Shown piece after piece: positions 9,238-18,073 of a stretch of 64,000 nt of DNA (within the stretch, counting starts at the first letter, position 1; each line of letters begins with the position of its first letter). The translations under genes and the position numbers were made by a program. The stretch lies in the IMG/VR virus record IMGVR_UViG_3300029431_000104. The stretch is one strand, 5' to 3'. The notes beneath the pieces are model-generated. The model searched no databases. It was given only the letters and a program-made list of their open reading frames with translations, and was not told where the DNA came from. The stretch comes from a virus.

Positions 9238-9558
9238 ATGGAAGATTACACGGCTGAGATGATTAGGGACATGGCTTTTTCCTTCTGCCCTCAGTGCGGT
9301 ACGGCAATCGTACCAAACCATAAAGGCAGACCACGGAAGTTCTGCTCACCGGAATGCCGGTCACGGTGGAACAACACCCATCCAAAGCCGGAGAACTGGA
9401 AGACCGTGCGGTCGAAGATCTGCCCGGTGTGCGGCAGGGAGTTTTCCTACCGGCACCAGTATGGTCTGGAACGGAAATATTGCAGCCGTGCCTGTGCAAA
9501 CAAAGGACGCTGGAAGGAGGGCGATGCAAATGGAAGAACCGCTGAACATAGAACGTAA
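9238..9558 (+). CDS. double zinc-ribbon protein
   Basis: 106 aa; two CxxCG-x16-18-CSxxCR units (CPQCG...CSPECR; CPVCG...CSRAC). Confidence 0.5.
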   Translation: MEDYTAEMIRDMAFSFCPQCGTAIVPNHKGRPRKFCSPECRSRWNNTHPKPENWKTVRSKICPVCGREFSYRHQYGLERKYCSRACANKGRWKEGDANGRTAEHRT

Positions 9559-10024
9559 TGTGGTAAAGAACGGTGTCCGGCTGGACTGTGTGTTTGAGGG
9601 CTATGAGTACCGCCCGGAGAGGGAAGAAGTCCGAAGCCAGCGGCTTGCCGGGTTTGAATGTGTGGAGATCGCAGAAAACACCGGGTTGTCTTTGGAACAG
9701 GTCACGGATTACTGTCGGGAACTGGGTCTGCCGGAAACGGGGAGCTGCCAGTTACAGCCGTCGGATGGGTCGAGGGAACGGCACTGTCCGGTTTGTGGAC
9801 GCATTCTCGTGCAGAGAGGGAACAGTGGTCGGAGACGGTTCTGTTCTCCTGAGTGCCGGGAGGAATATTACAGGCAGCATAAGTCTTTTAGGATCGCGGT
9901 CTGTAAAAACTGTGGAAGGGAGTTCCATGCCGTAGATGAAGGAAAACGGCAGCGGAAGTTCTGCAGTCTGAATTGTTACTGGGATTATCGATACGGGATG
10001 AAGGGAGTGGATGAGGATGAGTAA
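9524..10024 (+). CDS. HTH (sigma-70 region-4-like) plus double zinc-ribbon protein
   Basis: The ORF track lists 9461; the ATG at 9524 after GGAAGGAGGG is preferred. Residues FECVEIAENTGLSLEQVTDYCRELGL resemble an HTH. Two ribbons follow: CPVCG...CSPECR and CKNCG...CSLNC. It is a paralog of the preceding gene. Confidence 0.5.
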   Translation: MQMEEPLNIERNVVKNGVRLDCVFEGYEYRPEREEVRSQRLAGFECVEIAENTGLSLEQVTDYCRELGLPETGSCQLQPSDGSRERHCPVCGRILVQRGNSGRRRFCSPECREEYYRQHKSFRIAVCKNCGREFHAVDEGKRQRKFCSLNCYWDYRYGMKGVDEDE

Positions 10025-10235
10025 GATTATCGGTGTGTTTCCGATGTTCAACACCGGGGGTATCTGTGTACATGCGATTGACGATGCGGAAGATAAGGTC
10101 CTGGCATCCGTGAACGGGGAAAACCCGGAATGGTACGAGATGGCTGAACATCCGCAGGAAGATGGAGATGAGATGGAGTCGGGCTTTTTGTTCGGCTCCT
10201 TTTTCGTGCCGTTCTCCGGGGTCATGCGCATGTGA
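10011..10235 (+). CDS. small hypothetical protein
   Basis: 74-aa ORF overlapping the previous stop; acidic, with a hydrophobic C-terminus; weakly supported. Confidence 0.3.
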   Translation: MRMSKIIGVFPMFNTGGICVHAIDDAEDKVLASVNGENPEWYEMAEHPQEDGDEMESGFLFGSFFVPFSGVMRM

Positions 10236-10256
10236 ATCTGAATTAGGAGGGCTTAC

Positions 10257-11525
10257 ATGAAAGCGACTGCTGAACTGAAGATGCTGCCGGTGTCCGTACT
10301 CAAGCCGGCCGCATACAATCCCCGGAAAAAGCTGAAGCCGGGGGATAAAGAGTACGAGAAGATCAAGAACTCCATCACGGAGTTCGGGTTCGCAGATCCT
10401 TTGGTGGTCAATGCCGACATGACGATCATCGGCGGCCACCAGAGACTGACTGTTGCAATGGAACTGGGCTATACCGAAGTGCCTTGTGCGGTGGTGGACA
10501 TCGACAAGACCAGGGAAAAAGCCCTGAACATTGCGCTCAACAAGATCACGGGTGCATGGGATGATTCCCTGCTGGCTGATCTTTTGAAGGACATCGAAGA
10601 TTCCAACTTCGACCTTGGCAAGACCGGCTTTGAGCCGCCGGAGATTGAGACCCTGTTCAACAAGGTCCACAGCAAGGAGGTCAAGGAAGATGACTTTGAT
10701 GTGGAATCCGAGCTGAAACAGCCATGCTTCTCCAAAGAGGGCGACCTCTGGCATCTGGGTAAGCACATCGTTCTGTGCGGGGATTCCACCAAAGCGGAAT
10801 GCTATGACACCCTGATGGACGGAACCAAGGCAAATCTGGTCCTTTCCGATCCCCCTTATAACGTGGATGTGGAAGAGACTGCCGGTAAGATCATGAATGA
10901 CAACATGGGCGATTCGGAATTCTACCAGTTCCTTCTGGCAGCGTTCCAGCAGATGCACGGCCATCTTGCAGACGACGGTTCCATCTACATCTTCCATGCA
11001 GATACGGAAGGGCTGAACTTTAGAAAGGCATTCAAGGATGCCGGGTTCTACCTGTCCGGGTGCTGTATCTGGAAGAAGAATGCGCTGGTGCTGGGCCGTA
11101 GTCCTTACCAGTGGCAGCACGAGCCGTGTCTTTACGGCTGGAAGCAGAAGGGAAAGCACCAGTGGTATTCCGACCGGAAGCAGACGACCATCTGGGAGTA
11201 CGACCGGCCGAAGTCCAACAAGGACCATCCGACCATGAAGCCCATCGGCCTGATGAGCTATCCGATCCGCAACTCTACTATGACCAACGGCATCGTCCTC
11301 GATCCGTTCCTGGGCAGCGGCTCGACCCTGATCGCCTGTGAGGAGACCGACCGTGTGTGCCGGGGCATCGAGTTGGACCCGAAGTTCGTGGATGTGATCG
11401 TGAAGCGGTACATCGAACACAGCGATGGTCACTACGATGATGTGTATGTCATCCGTGACGGCCAGAAGCTGAAGTTCGAGGAAGTGGCGACCTTCGAGCC
11501 GGAAAGCGAGGATGCCGATGCCTGA
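10257..11525 (+). CDS. ParB-like nuclease domain / DNA methyltransferase (N6-adenine or N4-cytosine type) fusion
   Basis: N-terminal ParB-N motif (LKPAAYNPRK...GGHQRL); methylase motif IV LSDPPYNVDVEE; motif I DPFLGSGSTLIA; RBS GGAGGG. Confidence 0.85.
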   Translation: MKATAELKMLPVSVLKPAAYNPRKKLKPGDKEYEKIKNSITEFGFADPLVVNADMTIIGGHQRLTVAMELGYTEVPCAVVDIDKTREKALNIALNKITGAWDDSLLADLLKDIEDSNFDLGKTGFEPPEIETLFNKVHSKEVKEDDFDVESELKQPCFSKEGDLWHLGKHIVLCGDSTKAECYDTLMDGTKANLVLSDPPYNVDVEETAGKIMNDNMGDSEFYQFLLAAFQQMHGHLADDGSIYIFHADTEGLNFRKAFKDAGFYLSGCCIWKKNALVLGRSPYQWQHEPCLYGWKQKGKHQWYSDRKQTTIWEYDRPKSNKDHPTMKPIGLMSYPIRNSTMTNGIVLDPFLGSGSTLIACEETDRVCRGIELDPKFVDVIVKRYIEHSDGHYDDVYVIRDGQKLKFEEVATFEPESEDADA

Positions 11526-12291
11526 TGTAAAATGCGTCCTCATCCATGACAACTTCCAGAATTTCAAGTCCTATAACATCCCCAAGGCGCAGCTGGTGAT
11601 CGCAGACATTCCGTACAACATCGGTACAGATTTCTATGCCAGCCGGCCGGACTGGTATGTGGATGGCGACAACAAAAACGGGGAGAGTAGCAAGGCGCGG
11701 AAGGCGGCATTCAATACCGATTTCACCTTCAACATTGCAGAGTATTTCCACTTCTGCAACCGCCTGCTGAAGAAAGAACCCGGCACAGGAGAGAAGGATG
11801 CGCCGTGCATGATCGTGTTCTGTGCGTTTCAACAGATCCCGAAGGTGATCACCGAAGCAGAGAAATACGGTTTCAAGAATTATATCCCGCTGGTGTTTTG
11901 CAAGAACTACAGTCCGCAGGTTTTAAAGGCCAACATGAAGATCGTGGGTGCAACGGAGTATGCTCTGGTTCTGTACCGGGGAAAGCTCCCGAAGTTCCGT
12001 AATCTCGGTGAGGACGGAAAGCCCCATATGATCTTCAACTGGTTTGACTGGAAGCGGGATGGCAGGGAATATCCGAAAATCCATCCTTCCCAGAAACCGA
12101 TCTCCGTGCTGAAACGACTGATCGAGACCTTTACAGATGAGGGCGATGTGGTCATTGACCCCTGCGCCGGCAGCGGCTCCACGCTGAGAGCAGCAAGAGA
12201 ACTGGGGCGCAACAGCTACGGATTTGAAGTATCCAGAGACTTTTACCAGAAAGCAAATGAGCAGATGCTCGGAGAGGAGGTCGCCGGATGA
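11512..12291 (+). CDS. DNA methyltransferase (N6/N4 family, second copy)
   Basis: 259 aa; motif IV-like IADIPYN; motif I VIDPCAGSGSTLRAA; overlaps the upstream gene by 14 nt. Confidence 0.8.
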   Translation: MPMPDVKCVLIHDNFQNFKSYNIPKAQLVIADIPYNIGTDFYASRPDWYVDGDNKNGESSKARKAAFNTDFTFNIAEYFHFCNRLLKKEPGTGEKDAPCMIVFCAFQQIPKVITEAEKYGFKNYIPLVFCKNYSPQVLKANMKIVGATEYALVLYRGKLPKFRNLGEDGKPHMIFNWFDWKRDGREYPKIHPSQKPISVLKRLIETFTDEGDVVIDPCAGSGSTLRAARELGRNSYGFEVSRDFYQKANEQMLGEEVAG

Positions 12292-14546
12292 GCACAGAAC
12301 AGAATAAGACTTTGACCCTCGGCAGCCTCTTTGATGGCTCCGGGGGTTTTCCATTGGGCGGTCTGTTGACCGGGCAGATCACTCCGGTGTGGAGCAGCGA
12401 GATCGAGCCGTTTGCCATCCGGGTCACGACCAAACGTCTGCCGCAGGTGAAGCACTACGGAGATGTGTCTGCCATCAGCGGAGCAGACCTGCCTCCAGTG
12501 GACATCATCACTTTTGGGAGTCCCTGTCAGGATATGTCCATCGCCGGTAAGCGGGACGGTCTGGATGGTTCACGGTCCAGTCTGTTTTACGAAGCAATCC
12601 GAATCGTGAAGGAAATGAGGTGTAAGACCAATGGAGAAAAACCAAGATTTATCGTGTGGGAGAATGTGCCAGGGGCCTTCTCCTCAAACAAAGGGCAGGA
12701 CTTCAAAGCAGTCCTCGAAGCCGTCATCGGTGTTAAAGAACCGGCCGCCTCGGTGCCTGCGCCTGAGAAGAAAGGATGGCCCGATGCCGACTACTATGTG
12801 GGAGACGGATGGAGCGTCGCGTATCGAGTTCTTGATGCACAGTGGTGGGGCGTTCCCCAAAGAAGAAAACGTATCTACCTTGTCGCAGATTTTGCAGACC
12901 AGAGTGCCCCAAAGGTACTATTTGAGTCCGAAGGCGTGTCTCGGTATTCTGCGGAGGGCTTCCGTGCGTGGCAAAGAGCTGCCGCCGGTGCTGAAAGCGG
13001 CACTGGAGAGGCAGGCTGTAACGGAGCAGGAGGACGGATCTGTCTGAACGACCAGGGCGGCAGGCAGATGGATGTTTCCAAAGATGTGACCGGAACCCTA
13101 CGGGCAGAGGAGCATGGGCATCAGCCGTGTGTTCTGGAAGCCGCCGGTTTTTGTACCGAGCATTCCGCAGATGCCAGAAGCATCGGATACGAGGAAGAGC
13201 GGTCACAGACCCTCCGAGCTGGTGTTGTGCCTGCCGCCATCGCACTGGAGAATCATCCTGCTGACAGCCGGGTGAAGATTTCCGAGGACGGTAAGGTGCA
13301 GACACTGACAAGCCGGTGTGGTACGGGTGGCGGCAATGTCCCGATGGTCATGGATGCTGTTGAAAATTCAGTGGAAAGCTCGGTGAAAGATGTTGAAAAC
13401 TCCCCGGCAGTCACACTGAAAATTCGCTCCGGTTGCGAGGGCGGCGGGAAGGGAGCCATCTGGCAGGAAGAAAAGTCGGCCACCCTCGGCTGCAACAACG
13501 ACCAGACACTGTTCGTTCCGAAATGCTATGGCGTCTGTTCCAAAGTCAGCCATTCCATGATGTCCGATAATCCGCACAGCGGTTTTTATGAGGCCGAAAC
13601 TTCCCGGACACTGGACCGCAGCGGCGGTGACCCGACCTGCAATCAGGGCGGTATCTGTGTGGTAGAGCCGGTCGCCTTTACCCAGAACCAGAGGGATGAA
13701 GTCCGGGATCTTGGAGAAAAGTCAGCGGCACTGGCAGCAGATCCAGGGATGAAGCAGCAGACCTTTGTGGCACAGCCGGAAGATGTGACAGTCTTCCATG
13801 TGAACCAGCGCAATGAGCTGATCGATCTGCATGGTAAGTCCGGCGCTTTGATGGCGACCCGGAGTGACCAGATGCAGACCTTCGTCCTGCAGGGCAACAT
13901 GATCGGCCGCAAGGATGAGAACGGTCCGCAGGGGGATGGTGTCAATGAGGATGTCTGCTTTACACTGGATGCCACTGACCGCCATGCAGTCTGCGCACCG
14001 GAGGATGTGTATGCCATGACCACCGGCTCCTATATGCAGGTGGCAAAAGAAGTCGCACCGACCCTGATGGCACGGGATTACAAAGACCCGACCACCATCG
14101 CACCGGTACCGCATTTGAACGAGGGTGTCATGGGAACGGTGGCAACCGGGGCACATCCCAGCGGCTTCAACGGGCAGGATGCTTTCAATGACCGTCTGGT
14201 CATCGACAATCCGGAAGCACAGCCCGCACCTGTGACCTATACAGTTCGCCGTTTGACACCGACCGAGTGTGCCAGACTGCAGGGCTTCCCAGACTGGTGG
14301 TGCAGAGACCTCGGAACGGAAGACCCGACCGAAGAAGAGCTGGCATTCTGGGCAGATGTGTTTGAAACGCACCGTAAGATCGTGACCCATGCCAAGAAGC
14401 CGAAAACGGAGAAGCAGATCCGGAAATGGCTGGCTGACCCGTATACGGATTCGGCCGAGTACCGTATCTGGGGCAACGGCATTTGCTTAGCCAACGCATT
14501 CTTTGTTCTGGCCGGCATCGCATGGTGTGCAGGTCTGGAAGAATAA
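12288..14546 (+). CDS. DNA (cytosine-5)-methyltransferase, large (752 aa) with extended variable region
   Basis: Motif I LFDGSGG; motif IV GSPCQDMSIAG; motif VI ENVPG; C-terminal motif IX/X RRLTPTECARLQGFPD; a ~450-aa variable/target-recognition region suggests a multispecific enzyme. Confidence 0.85.
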   Translation: MSTEQNKTLTLGSLFDGSGGFPLGGLLTGQITPVWSSEIEPFAIRVTTKRLPQVKHYGDVSAISGADLPPVDIITFGSPCQDMSIAGKRDGLDGSRSSLFYEAIRIVKEMRCKTNGEKPRFIVWENVPGAFSSNKGQDFKAVLEAVIGVKEPAASVPAPEKKGWPDADYYVGDGWSVAYRVLDAQWWGVPQRRKRIYLVADFADQSAPKVLFESEGVSRYSAEGFRAWQRAAAGAESGTGEAGCNGAGGRICLNDQGGRQMDVSKDVTGTLRAEEHGHQPCVLEAAGFCTEHSADARSIGYEEERSQTLRAGVVPAAIALENHPADSRVKISEDGKVQTLTSRCGTGGGNVPMVMDAVENSVESSVKDVENSPAVTLKIRSGCEGGGKGAIWQEEKSATLGCNNDQTLFVPKCYGVCSKVSHSMMSDNPHSGFYEAETSRTLDRSGGDPTCNQGGICVVEPVAFTQNQRDEVRDLGEKSAALAADPGMKQQTFVAQPEDVTVFHVNQRNELIDLHGKSGALMATRSDQMQTFVLQGNMIGRKDENGPQGDGVNEDVCFTLDATDRHAVCAPEDVYAMTTGSYMQVAKEVAPTLMARDYKDPTTIAPVPHLNEGVMGTVATGAHPSGFNGQDAFNDRLVIDNPEAQPAPVTYTVRRLTPTECARLQGFPDWWCRDLGTEDPTEEELAFWADVFETHRKIVTHAKKPKTEKQIRKWLADPYTDSAEYRIWGNGICLANAFFVLAGIAWCAGLEE

Positions 14547-14678
14547 ACTGGCCCGCTATATTACTAGGTAGAAAGCGACCTGTTGATATGGTGGGCTTAC
14601 ATATTGGTCCTATTTACACAACAGATTTTGCGGCCCCTTGTGTAAATGGTCGAACATGAAGAATATCGGGAAATGGCC

Positions 14679-14709
14679 TTGCTATTCATCCGTTTTAGAG
14701 TGATATATG
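14679..14709 (+). promoter_or_regulatory. degenerate copy of the repeated early promoter
   Basis: CCTTGCTAT ... TGATATATG ... ACCGAAAAG shares the -35 TTGCTA and the ACCGAAAG leader with the 16111-22984 promoter family. Confidence 0.35.
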
Positions 14710-14769
14710 TGCTACCGAAAAGAACATCGGGATGCACAAAAACAAATGAACGAAAAGGAGCGATGAATT

Positions 14770-15954
14770 ATGTTGAAATTTAAACTGAACGTAGCCGAGA
14801 GAAAGACCCTCGCAAAACGCATGGAGGAGCTGACCGGCATCCACCCTTACTATACCAAAGCACCTCTGTATTCTTACGACATCGGGAGCTACACCATCGA
14901 CCGGAATGGCAACCTTCTGGTCGAGCCGGAGAATGCAGATGCCGAGCTGCTGACGACCCTGCTGAATGAGGGACTGATCCGCGGCGGCGAGAGTATTGAG
15001 AGTACGGATGACCAGCCGGAGGACACAGAGCTGACAGCGGATATGGATGAGGAGCCTGTGACCGAAGCGGAAACTGAGCAGATGCCCGAAGCAGAGCTGG
15101 AGGTTCTGGACGAGCAGGAATCCGAAGATGCAGATACCGCAGAAGATGAACCTGCGGAAGCAGGAGCCGAGGATGCATTGGAGCCGGACAATACGGCTGA
15201 GGATGATACCATAGAGGATGAGCCGGATGCAGAATCGCAGGAGACAGAAGATCAGCCGGAAGAGGTGCCGCTGGACTTGGAACTTGCATTCCCGGTCAGC
15301 CAGCACAACGGTGTGACTCTCCGCAACCTGGTCAACCTTCTTTACAGCCGCGGCAAGCTCATCGGCAAGGCGACTGGAGGACACTTCCATGTGGAAGAGG
15401 GGCTGGTCGAGAAGCTGAAGGACGATAGCTGCACCTTTGCCATCATGAACTTCATCAATGCGGTCAGCGACTATGAGACTGAACATGGTGCTGCACTGGA
15501 AGGCCTGAAAATCACCACCGAGAAGGTCACCTTTACCGGCTTCCCGACTGCACCGGACCACGAACATCTGACGGCTTTTGCACAGCTGGCGGTGCTGATG
15601 AACCAGCAGGCTATCAGCCAGAAGCGCATCCAGGCAAAGGATGTCAACGATGAGAATGAGAAATACTCACTCCGCACATGGCTCCTGCGGCTGGGGATGA
15701 ACGGTCCGGATTTCAAAGAGACACGCAAGATCCTCATGGAGAACCTTTCCGGCCATGCGGCTTTCCGCACGGATGAGGAAGCACAGAAGTTCCTTGCAAG
15801 GGAAAAGGCAAAACGGGATGCCCTGAAAGCCGCGAAACTGGCGGCACAGAACGGCGATCCTGCCACAGGGGAAACGGTCGCACCGGATACGACCCGGCCG
15901 ACACAGCCCGACTGTGGGGCAGACATGGCGCAGATGCTGGAGGCGGGAGCGTAA
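14770..15954 (+). CDS. divergent amidoligase-like paralog (probable pseudoenzyme) with ~100-aa poly-acidic insert
   Basis: 394 aa. Its N-terminus (NVAERKTLAKRMEELTG) aligns to the amidoligase NITREKAARKVAEYFGT. GGHFHVEEG aligns to GCGVHIHIG, KVTFTGF to GTIEFRLF, and the C-terminal NEKYSLRTWLLRLGMNGPDFKETRKILMENLSGHAAFR to NEKYAMRCWMLRLGFIGDEFATAREILLRNMEGNASWR. The catalytic E-x-E and E/R positions are replaced. Residues 85-190 are almost entirely D/E. Confidence 0.6.
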   Translation: MLKFKLNVAERKTLAKRMEELTGIHPYYTKAPLYSYDIGSYTIDRNGNLLVEPENADAELLTTLLNEGLIRGGESIESTDDQPEDTELTADMDEEPVTEAETEQMPEAELEVLDEQESEDADTAEDEPAEAGAEDALEPDNTAEDDTIEDEPDAESQETEDQPEEVPLDLELAFPVSQHNGVTLRNLVNLLYSRGKLIGKATGGHFHVEEGLVEKLKDDSCTFAIMNFINAVSDYETEHGAALEGLKITTEKVTFTGFPTAPDHEHLTAFAQLAVLMNQQAISQKRIQAKDVNDENEKYSLRTWLLRLGMNGPDFKETRKILMENLSGHAAFRTDEEAQKFLAREKAKRDALKAAKLAAQNGDPATGETVAPDTTRPTQPDCGADMAQMLEAGA

Positions 15955-16110
15955 GCTCCCAATCCCCCAATGGGGGCCGGAAAATATGCGAGACCCTCTT
16001 CCATTGTACCGATATTAGCTCTGAAAATGTACATTATCAAGCGGATAAACTGCAGAAATGTACACGATCATTCTGCCTTATATTTGTCGAATATATGTTC
16101 TTTTATATCC

Positions 16111-16139
16111 TTGCTATTATCCGCACCTGACGGTAATAT
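16111..16139 (+). promoter_or_regulatory. repeated early promoter copy (TTGCTA-17-TAATAT) driving the amidoligase operon
   Basis: TTGCTA 16111-16116, 17-nt spacer ending TGACGG, TAATAT 16134-16139; leader CACATACCGAAAGGGAAAAC; same element as the 20248-22984 copies. Confidence 0.6.
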
Positions 16140-16186
16140 GCACATACCGAAAGGGAAAACAAGGAAAAAACAAAGGAGAACATACC

Positions 16187-17125
16187 ATGAACGATAAAAC
16201 AAGAGAGCAGATTGAAGCCATGAAGAACCAGACCATCGGAGTTGAGATTGAGATGAACAACATCACCAGAGAAAAAGCGGCAAGAAAGGTCGCCGAGTAC
16301 TTCGGAACCAGAGCATGGAACGCCGCCGGCGAGTACGGATATTACAGCTGGGCTTGCAAGGATGGACAGGGCAGGGTTTGGAAATTCCAGAGGGATGTGA
16401 GCATCTACGGACCGGACGCAGAAAAATGCGAACTGGTCACCCCGATCCTCACCTACGACGACATCGAAACCTTGCAGGAAATCATCCGGCTGCTCCGAAA
16501 GGCAGGCGCAAAGAGCGGCCCAAGCCGCGGATGCGGAGTCCACATTCACATTGGCAAAGGCGACCACACCGCAAAGACCATCCGCAACCTTGTGAACATC
16601 ATGGCGGCGCACGAACAGCAGATCGGCAGAGCCATCCGGATCGATGCAGGGCGCACCGGACAATATTGCCAGGTGGTCAACCATCGCTTCCTCGACCGGC
16701 TGAACCGCGAGAAGCCGACCACCATGCACAGGCTGGAAGACATCTGGTACGAAGGCAACGGTTCCAGCTGGGAAAACCGGAATGCCCACTACAATTCAAG
16801 CCGGTACCATATGCTGAACCTCCATGCCACCTTTACAAAAGGGACCATTGAATTCCGCCTTTTCCAATTCGCAGACCCAGCGGACGGAAAGCGCAACGGA
16901 CTGCACGCCGGTGAGATGAAAGCCTATATCCAGCTTTGCCTCGCAATGAGCCAGCTTGCCAAGATGGTCAGGACGGCAAGCCCAAAGCCCCAGCAGACCG
17001 ACAATGAAAAGTATGCGATGCGGTGCTGGATGCTGAGGCTGGGATTCATCGGGGATGAATTTGCAACGGCAAGGGAAATCCTTCTGCGGAACATGGAGGG
17101 CAACGCATCCTGGCGGAACAAATAA
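16187..17125 (+). CDS. amidoligase (Amidoligase_2 / glutamine-synthetase-like fold)
   Basis: 312 aa starting at an internal ATG after the AAAGGAGAA RBS. GS-like motifs are present: GVEIEMN (E-x-E), GCGVHIHIG (H-x-H) and GTIEFRLF (E, R). Iyer et al. 2009 described this family in phages and conjugative elements. Confidence 0.8.
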   Translation: MNDKTREQIEAMKNQTIGVEIEMNNITREKAARKVAEYFGTRAWNAAGEYGYYSWACKDGQGRVWKFQRDVSIYGPDAEKCELVTPILTYDDIETLQEIIRLLRKAGAKSGPSRGCGVHIHIGKGDHTAKTIRNLVNIMAAHEQQIGRAIRIDAGRTGQYCQVVNHRFLDRLNREKPTTMHRLEDIWYEGNGSSWENRNAHYNSSRYHMLNLHATFTKGTIEFRLFQFADPADGKRNGLHAGEMKAYIQLCLAMSQLAKMVRTASPKPQQTDNEKYAMRCWMLRLGFIGDEFATAREILLRNMEGNASWRNK

Positions 17126-17192
17126 GCCGGGATGCACGGGCACCTTTTGGGCGGGCAACCGCCCTTGAGGTGGTAGAAGGAGGTGCAGGTTT

Positions 17193-17429
17193 ATGAAAAG
17201 CACGTTAAAAAATGAAAACACACCGGGTGGCAGAACCTTTAAGGTGACCATCACCGAGACCTACCAGAGAACGGTGACCATTTATGAATCCGAGATGAAA
17301 GAGCCGACCGTGGAGGAAGCACAGCGTGTGGCAGAGGACTGGTGGCAGGACAGCCAGATCGAGCTTGGGACAGAGGATTTCCAGGGCGTGGAATTCACTG
17401 GCAGGGAGGACGGTGAGGCAGATGTTTGA
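17193..17429 (+). CDS. small acidic protein (78 aa) co-transcribed with amidoligase/GGCT
   Basis: Strong RBS GAAGGAGGTG; C-terminus ...FTGREDGEADV; overlaps the GGCT start by 8 nt (translational coupling). Confidence 0.5.
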   Translation: MKSTLKNENTPGGRTFKVTITETYQRTVTIYESEMKEPTVEEAQRVAEDWWQDSQIELGTEDFQGVEFTGREDGEADV

Positions 17430-17943
17430 GTTGATCAGCCGAGTCCCATCCAGATATTATCTTGCCTACGGAAGCAACCTCGACATGGAGCGGATGGGAA
17501 AGAGATGCCCCTACGCTGTGGTGGTCGGCACGACCGAGATCAAGGGCTACCGGCTCCTGTTCAAAAAGAGCAAGACCGGCTGCTATGCCACCATCGAGCA
17601 GGATGCCAATGAAAGCGTACCAGCGGTGGTCTGGAAACTCTCGGAATACGATGAGCTCCTGCTGGACCGGTACGAGGGATGCCCAAGATACTATTACAAG
17701 AAGCAGTTCCAGCTTCAGGTCTGGAACCTGAACGGGAACCGCATGAAAAAGGCAAAGCCCTGCATCGCTTATGTGATGCACGAGGACCGGCGGCTTGGCT
17801 GCCCGGATGCCGAGTATTTTGAACTGCTGCAGGGCGGATACAGCGACTGGGAGTTTCCGCTGGACACACTGAAGCGTGGACTGGCAGCCAGTATCGGAAG
17901 GGCGGAAGCCATCCGGTATCTGAAGAAGCGGCAGATGATGTAA
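17422..17943 (+). CDS. gamma-glutamyl cyclotransferase-like protein (GGCT/AIG2 family), copy 1
   Basis: YYLAYGSNLDMERM...YEGCPRYY: AIG2/GGCT signature YxxYGSN and a downstream Glu; 173 aa from the ATG at 17422. Confidence 0.8.
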   Translation: MFELISRVPSRYYLAYGSNLDMERMGKRCPYAVVVGTTEIKGYRLLFKKSKTGCYATIEQDANESVPAVVWKLSEYDELLLDRYEGCPRYYYKKQFQLQVWNLNGNRMKKAKPCIAYVMHEDRRLGCPDAEYFELLQGGYSDWEFPLDTLKRGLAASIGRAEAIRYLKKRQMM

Positions 17944-18073
17944 GAGTACACGATCAAAAGCAAAAAACATTGTGCAGTATATGATGCTCATCGGCCTTGA
18001 TAAATCAGGGCAGAAGAGTGATATATACCATACCGCCAGACAAGAGCGGAGAAAACCGAAGGGAGAGATTCAA

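Noticed and set aside
8866-9321. 151-aa minus-strand ORF in the HNH-downstream gap
   Set aside because: It has no RBS, overlaps several other frame ORFs, and its composition is non-coding-like.
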